Shown: positions 21,096-32,582 of the stretch, in pieces
Layout: each line of letters opens with the position of its first letter
Position numbering within the stretch: position 1 is the first letter of the stretch
Assembly: GCA_964225545.1 (NCBI GenBank)
Contig: CAXQPB010000185.1
Coordinates: 1,781-65,780, forward strand
DNA: 64,000 nucleotides
Source: Nitrosopumilus sp.
GTDB lineage: Bacteria > Desulfobacterota > Binatia > UBA1149 > SPBQ01
Direction of reading: 5' to 3'
Position numbers and translations under genes: made by a program
Notes under the pieces: generated by a model
Told to the model about the DNA's origin: nothing
What the model saw: the letters and a program-made list of their open reading frames with translations, nothing else
Databases searched by the model: none

Positions 21096-22113
21096 TGCCT
21101 GCCTCCTTGCGACCCGCGCGCGACCACCGGTCAACGAGAGCGTCGTAATCCGGGACGAAGCCGAGCGGGATCGCCGGCGCGGGCGGGTAGCCGAGTGCCC
21201 GGCGGGCAGCCCCGATACTGCGCTTGAGCGGATTCCCCTTACGCACGCGAGCCATCTGACGAGAGCGAGCGAGAACTCCGGCGATTGCGGCCAGCCACTC
21301 CCGGTCCACCGTTCCGCGTTCGACAACCGTGTTGAAGCCTCGCGCGAGCTCATCCGGCCCGAGTCCGATCTGCAGCGCAACCGCGACCACGTCGCGCGGA
21401 TCGAGCCACCCGCGCGCGTAGAGCGCAAGGGCGCACTCAAAATAGTTGTCGAACCAGATCAGTCGCCGTCCGAACGCGTTGAGGTCTCGCGCTGCGGCCG
21501 GGCGTTGCCGGAGGATATGTATCCCGACAACACGCACGTCGGGGCGATCAGGCTGGAAGGACTCGACGCGCTCGTCGATGCTCTGGACAAACGTCTTGTG
21601 AACCCCGGCACGCTCGAGCAGGCCGAGTAGCTGCCTGCGCGTCACGCGTCCGGCGAGCACGTCGGCGTAGAGCGAGTAGATGAACGGATCGGATTCCCAG
21701 TCGTCGCCGAACAGCAGCTCTTGCGTACCCGGCCGACTCTCCGCCGCGCCCGCGAGCAAGCGGTCAAGCTTGTAGCCGATCTGTTCACGCACGATATCGA
21801 AGCGTGCGCGAATCAGATGCCGCATCTGATGCTTGAACGTAATCCCGTCGTAGATGATTCCGTCCAGGTCCAGCTTCTCGCGAATCGCACCGCCGATCTG
21901 CGGAGGCGAGGCCGAGAGGAAGTAGACCGATGTCCGCTGCCCGCGACCCTCCGACCGTTCCCGCAGCGCGCGAATGAGGGAGATCACCCCCGGGAAAGCG
22001 CGTTTGTCCGAACCGGACTCGAACGGAATGCGAATGAGTTCGCGAAGCGACTCGAAGTGCGAGACCAGGTAGGTCTTGTCCAGATCCCAGCGGAAGACGA
22101 CGTCGACTTTCAC
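21049..22113 (-). CDS. HAD-superfamily phosphatase-like protein (App1/DUF2183-like N-domain) with an uncharacterised C-terminal half
   Basis: HAD motifs read by eye: motif I FRWDLDKTYL, motif II YFLSASPP, motif IV LLFGDDWESDPFIY. GTG 22113 overlaps the stop of the upstream gene (GTGA). Family assignment is tentative. Confidence 0.6.
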   Translation of the reverse strand: MKVDVVFRWDLDKTYLVSHFESLRELIRIPFESGSDKRAFPGVISLIRALRERSEGRGQRTSVYFLSASPPQIGGAIREKLDLDGIIYDGITFKHQMRHLIRARFDIVREQIGYKLDRLLAGAAESRPGTQELLFGDDWESDPFIYSLYADVLAGRVTRRQLLGLLERAGVHKTFVQSIDERVESFQPDRPDVRVVGIHILRQRPAAARDLNAFGRRLIWFDNYFECALALYARGWLDPRDVVAVALQIGLGPDELARGFNTVVERGTVDREWLAAIAGVLARSRQMARVRKGNPLKRSIGAARRALGYPPAPAIPLGFVPDYDALVDRWSRAGRKEAGSDGQETDGGSDDRDD

Positions 22114-22859
22114 GCCCGTCCCCCGGGAGTCAATCGCTCGAGCAACCCGAGTCGCTCGAGGACTCGCGTGGTCTCCTCGAGGTCCTCGCGCAGCGGATGG
22201 CTGGCCTGCAGTCGTGCAGCGAGGCGCCGCAAGGCGCCGGGCTCGTCGACGTCCTCCCAGGGTTGAAGAAGTTCGAAACGAAGACCGGCGTCCAGCAGCC
22301 GTCGGCACGTCTCCTCCAGCACCGCATTACCGCCCCATTCGCAGTTGAGCTCGAAGATCGGAGGGCAGCGGTCCCGAGCTGCGATGAGGTAGTAGCCTCC
22401 GTCAGGACAAGGCCCCAGAACCACATCGCGGGCATCCGGCACCGCAAGAAGCCGAAGCGCCTCCTCCACCCTCTCCAGAGGCAGGTCCGGCACGTCCGAA
22501 CCGATGATCACAGCAGAACCGTGGGTGCGGCAGCCGTCCTCCATGGCCCGTCGCATGCGCAGACCCAGATCGCCGCCGCCCTGCCAGCGCAGCGGGATTT
22601 CCTGTTCCGCGGCCAGCGCCCCCAGCCACGGGGCATGCCCGTCAGGGCTCGCGGCCAGAACCGCGGCGTAACCCGCCTGCCGCGCTCCGGAGCACACCCG
22701 GCGCAGCAGGTCTTTCGTGAACGCACGCTGACATTCAGCGGCCGCCTCCAGATCGACCGCGATGGCCGGGGATCCACTGTCGCCGGCCGCCAGGCGCGTT
22801 TTGACCTCTCCGGGGCGGGGCTCCTTGGCAAAGAGGAACAGTACGGGGTCCGTCTGCAT
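22110..22859 (-). CDS. DUF2064 / TIGR04282-like nucleotidyl- or glycosyl-transferase family protein
   Basis: PVLFLFAKEPRPGEVKTRL...QGGGDLGLRM...AVIIGSDVPDLP...VLGPCPDGGYYLIA pattern, as I recall it for DUF2064. Start set at ATG 22859 (MQTDPVLFLFAK); ATG 22943 is also possible. Confidence 0.65.
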   Translation of the reverse strand: MQTDPVLFLFAKEPRPGEVKTRLAAGDSGSPAIAVDLEAAAECQRAFTKDLLRRVCSGARQAGYAAVLAASPDGHAPWLGALAAEQEIPLRWQGGGDLGLRMRRAMEDGCRTHGSAVIIGSDVPDLPLERVEEALRLLAVPDARDVVLGPCPDGGYYLIAARDRCPPIFELNCEWGGNAVLEETCRRLLDAGLRFELLQPWEDVDEPGALRRLAARLQASHPLREDLEETTRVLERLGLLERLTPGGRA

Positions 22860-22989
22860 AACGATCAAGGGCAGGAATCTGTCACGGGCTGAGAAGGCGG
22901 GCAAAGAGCGCGCCGGGTCGCCCGAAGCCCGCGCGATTGACATGCACGACCTCGACAGTCAGACTCTCGGATTCGCGAGGTTCATGAAC

Positions 22990-23301
22990 ATGTCTTTTGC
23001 TGTCATCAGAACGGGTGGAAAGCAGTATCGCGTCACCCCCGGGGCTACGGTTACGGTCGAGAAGCTGGCCGCCGAGCCAGGTGAGAACGTAGAGTTCAAC
23101 GAGGTACTGGTCAGGGCTGACGGGGACAACACGACTGTCGGCCAGCCGCTTATCGAGGGCGCGCGGGTCTCCGGCGTCGTCCTGCGACAGAGTCGTGGCG
23201 CCCGGATCCTCGTCTACAAGAAGAAACGGCGCAAGAACTACCGGCGGCGACAGGGTCACCGGCAGTACGAAACGACGATCCGCATTACCGACATCGCCTG
23301 A
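22990..23301 (+). CDS. rplU: 50S ribosomal protein L21
   Basis: MSFAVIRTGGKQYRVTPGATVTVEKL...KKKRRKNYRRRQGHRQ. The upstream part of the track ORF was rejected. Confidence 0.95.
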   Translation: MSFAVIRTGGKQYRVTPGATVTVEKLAAEPGENVEFNEVLVRADGDNTTVGQPLIEGARVSGVVLRQSRGARILVYKKKRRKNYRRRQGHRQYETTIRITDIA

Positions 23302-23334
23302 TCGAAATTCCGGCGCTACGAAAGGTCGAACCTT

Positions 23335-23592
23335 ATGGCTCACAAGAAAGGTCAGGGCAGCAGCAGAAACGGACGCGACACCGCGGGCAAGCGACGCGGG
23401 GTGAAAATCTTCGCAGGCCAGAAGGTCGTCGCGGGCAACATCATCGTTCGCCAGCTGGGCACGCGTATTCATCCGGGCAGCGGAGTCGGCATGGGGCGTG
23501 ACTACACCATCTACGCTCGCGTTGACGGTGTGGTGCAGTACGAAACGTTCGGCTCGGAGCGCAAGAAGCGCGTCAACGTCTACCCGTCCTGA
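23335..23592 (+). CDS. rpmA: 50S ribosomal protein L27
   Basis: [48 protein letters not shown]. Confidence 0.97.
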   Translation: MAHKKGQGSSRNGRDTAGKRRGVKIFAGQKVVAGNIIVRQLGTRIHPGSGVGMGRDYTIYARVDGVVQYETFGSERKKRVNVYPS

Positions 23593-23662
23593 GCAAGCGA
23601 TCGGTTGGCGGTCCGAAACCGCTGCATCGAAACACGATACGCTGACACAGCCGGAACCGTAG

Positions 23663-25907
<2,245 letters not shown>

Positions 25908-25911
<4 letters not shown>

Positions 25912-27167
25912 GCGACACCGCCGGGATCGAGATCGAGCAGACCTGCAAACACGCGCGGGCGGCGGCGCGGGCGCTTTCCCTGCTCGATGACGCCACCCGC
26001 AGCGGCGCGCTCAAGTCGGCTGCGGCACGTCTGCGCGCCGAGTCGGCACGCATTCGTGAGGCCAATGAGATCGATCTGGCGGCCGGCCGCGAGGCAGGCC
26101 TTACCGCGGCACTGCTCGACCGCCTGACGCTGACCGATGACCGCATCGATGCGATGGCAGAGGGACTCGAAACGGTCGCGGCCTTGCCGGACCCGCTTGA
26201 CGACACGATCGCGGAGTGGGCCGCGCCCGCCGGACTTCAGATTCGACAGGTGCGCATACCGATCGGGGTCGTCGCCGTGATCTACGAGTCGCGTCCGAAC
26301 GTGACCGCAGACGTTGCAGCGCTTTGTGTGAAATCCGGAAACGCGGTTGTTCTCAAAGGGGGCAAGGAGGCGATCCATTCAAATTCAATCATCGCAGACC
26401 TTCTCACCGAGGAACTGTCCGCCGCTGGAATCCCCGCATCCGCGGTCCAGCTCATTCGACGCACAGACCGGGAAGCGACCTGGTCGCTGCTCGCACAGGA
26501 GGATTACGTCGACGTCGTCATCCCGCGCGGCGGGCCGGGACTGGTTCGGGCCACCGCCGAGCACTCGCGCGTACCGGTGATCAAACATTACGAGGGCGTC
26601 TGCACGACCTACGTCGACGAATACGCAGATCTCGACCGCGCCGCCGACATCGCTTTCAACGCCAAGGTCCAGCGGCCCGGCGTCTGCAACGCGATGGAAA
26701 ACCTCGTCGTACACAGCGCCGTCGCGACGCCGCTTTTCGATCGACTCGTGCCGCGGCTGCGCGATGCAGGTGTCGAGCTGCGGGCCTGCGAACGCGCGGC
26801 CGCACTCATCGACGGCGCGAAGGCGGCAACCGAGGAAGACTGGAGCGCAGAATACCTCGATCTGATTCTTGCTGTAAGGATCGTCGACTCGACCGAGGAG
26901 GCGGTGAACTTCATCAATGAATACGGATCGGGTCACTCGGACGCGATCGTGACGCAGGACTCAATATCGGCCGCGACATTTTTATCGGGAGTCGACTCCG
27001 CGGTGGTCTATGAGAACGCGTCGACCCGCTTCACCGACGGGTTCGAGTTCGGCTTCGGGGCGGAGATCGGGATATCGACAAACCGCATCCACGCTCGCGG
27101 CCCGATGGGGCTGCGCGAACTGACCACGTACAAGTATCTCGTACGCGGAGACGGCCAGACCCGCTGA
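25908..27167 (+). CDS. proA: Gamma-glutamyl phosphate reductase
   Basis: 419 aa. VIYESRPNVT, KGGKEA, NAKVQRPGVCNAMENLVVH, GSGHSDAIVT, NASTRFTDGFEFG. Confidence 0.95.
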
Positions 27168-27171
27168 CACA

Positions 27172-27861
27172 TTGAGTCGGATCGGAATACTGGGCGGCAC
27201 CTTCGACCCCGTCCATCTCGGACACCTCGCGAGCGGGCGCCACACCGCGGCAGCCTTCGATCTCGACCGGGTCCTTCTCGTTCTGTCTGCCCGACCGCCG
27301 CACAAACCAGAGCGCCGGCCTGCCACCGACAACGACCGGCTCGCGATGCTCGAGCTGGCCGCCGGCAATGACTCGCTCTTCGAGGTGAGCGACCTCGAGG
27401 TGCGCCGCTCCGGCCCGTCCTACATGATCGACACTCTGCATGAACTCCGCACAAAGGAGCCGAATGCGGAGCTCTTTCTGATCCTCGGAGTCGACGCGTA
27501 CTCGATCATCGACACCTGGCACAGGTCCGGCGAGCTGCTCGCTCAGGCCTCGATCATCGTCACGACCCGTCCGGGGGAGCCGGGAGGCCAAGGGGCCCCG
27601 CGACCGCCCGTTGCCGCTCGCGAGAGCTGTTGTTATCATCCGCCGATCGACGGCTATACGCACAGCAGCGGGCATACCCTGCGGGCCCACACGATCGACG
27701 GGCTCGAGATCTCGGCATCCCGGGTCCGGGCAGACGCTGCTCGATCAGAGCGACAGGGGCTGTCGACCGACGCCCGGATCGAGGCACTGACCCCGCTGAC
27801 CGGTCGCGCGGTGGCTGCGTATATCGTCGAACACAACCTTTACACCCGAGAGGAACACTGA
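27172..27861 (+). CDS. nadD: Nicotinate-nucleotide adenylyltransferase
   Basis: IGILGGTFDPVHLGHL (HxGH motif). ISASRVR-type C-terminal motif. Confidence 0.9.
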   Translation: MSRIGILGGTFDPVHLGHLASGRHTAAAFDLDRVLLVLSARPPHKPERRPATDNDRLAMLELAAGNDSLFEVSDLEVRRSGPSYMIDTLHELRTKEPNAELFLILGVDAYSIIDTWHRSGELLAQASIIVTTRPGEPGGQGAPRPPVAARESCCYHPPIDGYTHSSGHTLRAHTIDGLEISASRVRADAARSERQGLSTDARIEALTPLTGRAVAAYIVEHNLYTREEH

Positions 27862-27865
27862 GCCT

Positions 27866-28267
27866 GTGACTACCCCCTCCAGCGCCTCCGACACGGCAAA
27901 CCCCACAAACCCCGCAAATCTCGCGGCCGAACTTGCAGCCGACCGCAAAGCCGACGATATCGTCGTCCTCGATCTGCGGGGACGCTCCTCGATCACAGAC
28001 TACTTCGTGGTCTGCACCGGGCGATCCGACATACAGGTACGGGCAATCTGCGAGCGGGTGCGCGAGGGCATGAAGGACGCCGGACACGGCGCACTTTCGA
28101 TTGAGGGTGCGGAGCACGGACACTGGGGCCTCCTCGATTTCGGGGAGGTCGTGGTCCACGTCTTCCAGTCCGAGACTCGAGACCTGTATGACCTCGAACG
28201 CCTGTGGTCCGAGGCTCCGCGCTGGACCTACGAGTCGGCCCCTGCCATAGAACAAAACAGCATCTAG
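27866..28267 (+). CDS. rsfS: Ribosomal silencing factor RsfS
   Basis: DIVVLDLRGRSSITDYFVVCTGRSDIQVRAI...DFGEVVVHVFQSETRDLYDLERLW. Confidence 0.92.
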   Translation: MTTPSSASDTANPTNPANLAAELAADRKADDIVVLDLRGRSSITDYFVVCTGRSDIQVRAICERVREGMKDAGHGALSIEGAEHGHWGLLDFGEVVVHVFQSETRDLYDLERLWSEAPRWTYESAPAIEQNSI

Positions 28268-28308
28268 GGAGCAGCTGCCCCAGCTTCTCCAGCCGCTATC
28301 CCGAGGTC

Positions 28309-29580
28309 ATGTTCCGCCGAATCGTCGCAATCACAGTCTTTGTCATCCTGGTGGCAGCCGTCAGTCTGCTGGTTCACTGGAACGCCGCGCAGACATCCTT
28401 CAAGCTGACGCCCGAGCTGACCTTTAATTTGCCGCTCGGCATTCTCATGATCGCCGCGGCAGTCGCGGGCGCGCTGGTCATGTTCATCCTCGCACTCATG
28501 CGCGAAGGCCGCCTCGCTCTGCGCGACTGGACCGTGCACCGCGAGATCCGGATCGCACAGCGCAACGCAGCGCAGATCACCGAGGCGCGGTCACAGATCC
28601 TCGCCGGAGAGTACAAGCGCGCGCGCAACCTGCTGACGAAGTCCACGCAGAAGCGTGCCATGGAGATCAGCGACATCATCGATTTCGCAGAGACCTACCT
28701 TCTCGAGGGGGATCCGCTCCAGGCACGAAAGGTTCTCGAGGAGGCGCAGAAGGACTTCGGAAACGAGCCGCTGCTGCTGTTCGCGCTCGGCCGCGCGTGC
28801 AAAGCCACAGGGGATCTCCCGGCCGCGCTCAGCGCGCTCGAGCGAGCTGTCTCGGTCTATCCGACAAGCATGCCGATCCTGACCCTGCTTCGGGACATAC
28901 TGTTCGAGACCGAGTCCTGGGAGCGCGCGGCCGAAGTTCAGGGCCGCATCGTTGAGCTCAACGCGGATGATGCTTCGGAGAAGAACTGGCTCCTCGGCGC
29001 CCGCTATGAGGCCGCGCTGCAGGCCGAGGAGAGCGCCAGAGACACAGCGCTGCGCGAGCTCGCGAGCGACGCTCCGGACTTCCTGCCCGTGCTTGTCCAC
29101 CGCGCCAGAATTCTGGCCGACACCGGAGACTGGCGCCGCGCAATGAAGATGCTGGAAAAAGCGGTCCGCAAGCGACCGCACGGCGCGGCGCTCGCTGAGC
29201 TCGAAGCGCTGGTCCCCGCCGAGGAGTCTTCACGCCTGGCGAGGCTCTACGGCAAACTTGTCGCCTCGACTCCGCAGAGCGTCGGCCTGAGGCTGCGGGC
29301 GGCGCACTACCTGATCAAACACGGACGCGTCGAAGAGGCGGCTGAAACGCTCAAACCGCTTGCCGAAAGCGGAGAGGCTTCGGTGGCCAAGGCGCTGTGG
29401 GGGGAGATCCACGACGCTCGTGAAGAATCCTCCCTGGCGCATTTTGCTTACCGGGACGCTCTGATCGAGAGCGAAGCGTTCAGCCCCCACTACAGCTGTG
29501 AGGTATGCGGAGCGGCAACCGGTGACTGGCACGCCCGCTGCGACAATTGCGGCGCATGGGGAATGTTCGAGTCGATTTAG
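28309..29580 (+). CDS. lapB: LPS assembly protein LapB (YciM)-like TPR/rubredoxin protein with a LapA-like two-TM N-terminus
   Basis: Start at ATG 28309. Two TMs (IVAITVFVILVAAVSLLVHW; LPLGILMIAAAVAGALVMFILALM), then TPR-like repeats, then C-terminal CEVCGAATGDWHARCDNCGAWG (CX2C-X10-CX2C). Confidence 0.75.
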   Translation: MFRRIVAITVFVILVAAVSLLVHWNAAQTSFKLTPELTFNLPLGILMIAAAVAGALVMFILALMREGRLALRDWTVHREIRIAQRNAAQITEARSQILAGEYKRARNLLTKSTQKRAMEISDIIDFAETYLLEGDPLQARKVLEEAQKDFGNEPLLLFALGRACKATGDLPAALSALERAVSVYPTSMPILTLLRDILFETESWERAAEVQGRIVELNADDASEKNWLLGARYEAALQAEESARDTALRELASDAPDFLPVLVHRARILADTGDWRRAMKMLEKAVRKRPHGAALAELEALVPAEESSRLARLYGKLVASTPQSVGLRLRAAHYLIKHGRVEEAAETLKPLAESGEASVAKALWGEIHDAREESSLAHFAYRDALIESEAFSPHYSCEVCGAATGDWHARCDNCGAWGMFESI

Positions 29581-30743
29581 TCGTCTTCGGCCGCGCAGAC
29601 CCGTGCCGCGACTCTCGCGAGAGCCGCCACTTCATGAACGTCGCGATCGAGCGCGGGAACTGCGACTGTATCGATGTCATCGGGCAAGCCCGCCTCGAAC
29701 GCCTCTCGCCGGATCTCTTCGCCACGCGCCACCGTCGACGCCTTCAGGTACGTCGCGATCATCCACTCCAGCTCGGCTCGAAGATCATCGTCGCTTGAAG
29801 CGAGCGACGGGCATGCCGTTTTCAACCGCTCCAGCAACTCGTCGGGGTCCGGTCCGCGCTCCGCTGAGCCCGGGAGAGGGTGAACCCGATTCATCACCAC
29901 TCCCTTGAGCGGCATCCCGAGTTCGCTCATCTTGCTCGTCAGGTACTCGCTCTCCCCGAGGACCTGCTCATCCGGTCCGGCGACAAGAACAAAGGCCGTG
30001 TCTTTACCTGAGAGCAGCGCCCGGACGCGGCGTCCGCGCTCGGTGATTCCATCAAACAGGTTCTCCATCGCCATGAAGAACTCGCTGATCTCCGCCAGCG
30101 TGCGCGCTCCCGCGGCCTCTTCGATTTTCTCCACCAGAAACCGCACCGTCCTGCTGGCCGTTTTCCACGCGCTCCAGCCCGCCGCCAGATACGGCTTGAC
30201 CAGCCAGCCGACCACAGACCGGTCGAGGAAGTCCTCGAGCCGGCGTGGCGCCTCGAGGAAATCGAGCGCATGAGATGTCGGGGGCGTATCCAGAACGATC
30301 AGGTCGTACTCGCCGGACTCATGAATCCGGCAGAGTTCCTCGATCGCCATGTATTCCGTCGAGCCGGCAAACGATCGCGACAGGTGCTGGTAGAACTCAT
30401 TCGCCAGAATCGTCCTCGCAGCCTCCGGCGTAGGTGAATGCCGGCTGATAAAGTCATCCCACGCGCTCTTCTGGTCGAGCATGCCCGCGCTCAACGTCCC
30501 GCGAGGGTGGACGCCTCCGGCCTCGAGCACCTCTCGCGAGATCTCCTCACCGCGGCAGCCGAGCGAATCCAGCCCGAGCGACTGTGCGAGCCGCCGCGCA
30601 GGGTCGATCGTAAGCACCCTCGCGCGGCGTCCGTCGATGGCGCCCTGGAGCGCAAGCGCCGCGGCCGTGGTGGTCTTTCCCACCCCACCGCTGCCCACGC
30701 ATACGACAATCCGATGATCGGCAAGAAGTCGTGCCAGGCTCAT
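29577..30743 (-). CDS. ArsA/Get3-like P-loop ATPase (paralogue 1)
   Basis: 388 aa. Deviant Walker A VGSGGVGKTTTAAALA. TIDPARRLAQSLG. Switch II-like VLDTPPTSHALDFL. No ars genes nearby. Confidence 0.85.
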   Translation of the reverse strand: MSLARLLADHRIVVCVGSGGVGKTTTAAALALQGAIDGRRARVLTIDPARRLAQSLGLDSLGCRGEEISREVLEAGGVHPRGTLSAGMLDQKSAWDDFISRHSPTPEAARTILANEFYQHLSRSFAGSTEYMAIEELCRIHESGEYDLIVLDTPPTSHALDFLEAPRRLEDFLDRSVVGWLVKPYLAAGWSAWKTASRTVRFLVEKIEEAAGARTLAEISEFFMAMENLFDGITERGRRVRALLSGKDTAFVLVAGPDEQVLGESEYLTSKMSELGMPLKGVVMNRVHPLPGSAERGPDPDELLERLKTACPSLASSDDDLRAELEWMIATYLKASTVARGEEIRREAFEAGLPDDIDTVAVPALDRDVHEVAALARVAARVCAAEDD

Positions 30744-31696
30744 TCGACAACCCCCGGCGCGAGCTCGGGAATCCTTCGCGCAAGCTCCTCTACCTCGTGA
30801 ATGCCGAACTCTTCGGAAGCGAGCGCCGGAAGGCGAACGACCTTCAGCGCCGTGGCCGCCTGAAACTGCGCAATGGACAACTCCTGGACATCCTCCCAGG
30901 CCAGCGCGCGGTCTGCAGCCGTCCTGACGCCGTCAACAAGCCGGGTCGCGTCCTCGTCACCCGGGCTGCCGGCCTGGGCATCGAGCGCTGCCAGAACCGA
31001 GCGGGCAGCGGCCGGCGCCGCCGCACGGCAGCGATTGACGAGGATTTCTCCCAGCGGGAGATCGAGATCGCCGTTGATCTTCTCGACGATCTGCTGGGCC
31101 TCCACGAGCGGCATCTCCTCGGGCAGCGCGACGACATGCACAGCCGTCGTATCTGCGTCCTTGATCAGCGCCTCGACCCGCCGGGCCTCCCTGTGGACGA
31201 GTCCGGACCGGAATGTCTCGGCGGCGGTCGTCGGCATCTGGAGATATTGGAGGCTGTGCCCGGATGCGCCCGCATCGACGTAGATTGCGTCCCACGTCGC
31301 CGACCCGTCCGGATTGGTCTTCTGATTCTCGAACCAGATCTTGCCGATCGACATCAGCTCTTTGAGACCGGGCGCCGCCGCTACGAAGTAGCGATAGAGC
31401 TTGCTGCCGAAGACGGTCGCCAGAAGCCGGCGGATCGGTATGATGATCTCGAGGTATTCCGCCAGCGCGGTATCGCCCTCGATGTAGGCAACGGAGAGCC
31501 CCGGACGAACCTCTACCGATCGCCCCGATTCCTGCGCGGTGCGACCGAAAAAGCGACACAGCCCACCCGCGCCGCCGAGCTCGACGGCGAGTGTCCGCTT
31601 CCCGCTCTCGGCAGAAGCCATCGCCATGGCCGCCGTCAGGGTCGATTTGCCGACCCCGCCCTTGCCGACTATGAAATGAAGTCGTTTTCCAGACAC
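30740..31696 (-). CDS. ArsA/Get3-like P-loop ATPase (paralogue 2)
   Basis: VGKGGVGKSTLTAAMA. Degenerate switch II YVDAGASGHSLQYL. Start set at GTG 31696 (GAGGGAG upstream); ATG 31774 is possible. Stop overlaps the start of paralogue 1. Confidence 0.8.
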   Translation of the reverse strand: MSGKRLHFIVGKGGVGKSTLTAAMAMASAESGKRTLAVELGGAGGLCRFFGRTAQESGRSVEVRPGLSVAYIEGDTALAEYLEIIIPIRRLLATVFGSKLYRYFVAAAPGLKELMSIGKIWFENQKTNPDGSATWDAIYVDAGASGHSLQYLQMPTTAAETFRSGLVHREARRVEALIKDADTTAVHVVALPEEMPLVEAQQIVEKINGDLDLPLGEILVNRCRAAAPAAARSVLAALDAQAGSPGDEDATRLVDGVRTAADRALAWEDVQELSIAQFQAATALKVVRLPALASEEFGIHEVEELARRIPELAPGVVE

Positions 31697-31833
31697 GGAC
31701 TGCTCCCTCACAGCGGTACCACGCTTCCGTGCACGCGCAACCTGGACCCGTCGCCCTGGCAGTATACAATCCACGCACGGTGCAGGATTCCCGCGTCAGT
31801 CATCCGTCCGCCGGTGCGCCTCGAGTCAAGGCT

Positions 31834-32547
31834 GTGCGGCTGCTGTTTGTCGCGATGTTGACGCTGGCGAGCGGGTGTGGAGCGCCCGCGCCTCTCGGCG
31901 AGCAGCAACTGTACGACGAGGCGAGCCAGGAGTTCGAGCGCGGCAACTTCAGCCTGGCCAGCCAGCGCTATGACGAACTCCTCGAGCAGTTTCCGTTCTC
32001 GGACCTTTCCGAGGTCGCGCGGCTTCGGGTAGGACAGGCCTACTACCTCAACGGCGACTACCACAAGGCCATCGCGGCCTTCCGCGACTTCGAGAGACTC
32101 CACCCGACCAGCCGGCTGCTCGACTTCGTTGAGTACACGATCGGGATGAGCCACCTCGACCAGGCGCGCTCGCGCGACCGGGACAAATCAGCGACGGATG
32201 AGGCGCTGCGACAGTTCGACCGCGTCGGAGAACGCTACCCGGCGTCGATCTACGGGCGGCTGGCGGAGTATCGCGAGGAGCAGTGCGAGCAGAAGCTCGC
32301 CAGCCACGAACTCTACGTCGGTGATTACTACGTCAAAACAGGCGAGGTCACAGCAGGCCTTGCCCGCTACCGTTACGTTCTCGACTACTATCCCGCCACC
32401 GACGCGGCGCTCCTGTGTGCCGAGCGACTCGGCCTGCCTTCCGACGATTACGGACCGAACGCACCGGAGCGGACCTCTGGATACGAGATCATCGAGATCC
32501 CCGCGTCCGAGACGGGCATACTCGACCCGAACCTCGGTCTCGACTAG
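31834..32547 (+). CDS. bamD: Outer-membrane protein assembly lipoprotein BamD (YfiO)
   Basis: Lipoprotein signal MRLLFVAMLTLASG|C from GTG 31834. TPR-like body (FPFSDLSEVARLRVGQAYYLNGDYHKAIAAFRDFERLHP...YPASIYG...YVGDYYVK). Confidence 0.85.
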   Translation: MRLLFVAMLTLASGCGAPAPLGEQQLYDEASQEFERGNFSLASQRYDELLEQFPFSDLSEVARLRVGQAYYLNGDYHKAIAAFRDFERLHPTSRLLDFVEYTIGMSHLDQARSRDRDKSATDEALRQFDRVGERYPASIYGRLAEYREEQCEQKLASHELYVGDYYVKTGEVTAGLARYRYVLDYYPATDAALLCAERLGLPSDDYGPNAPERTSGYEIIEIPASETGILDPNLGLD

Positions 32548-32582
32548 CGACGCGGGCGACTTTCCCGCCTGACCGCTGAGGG

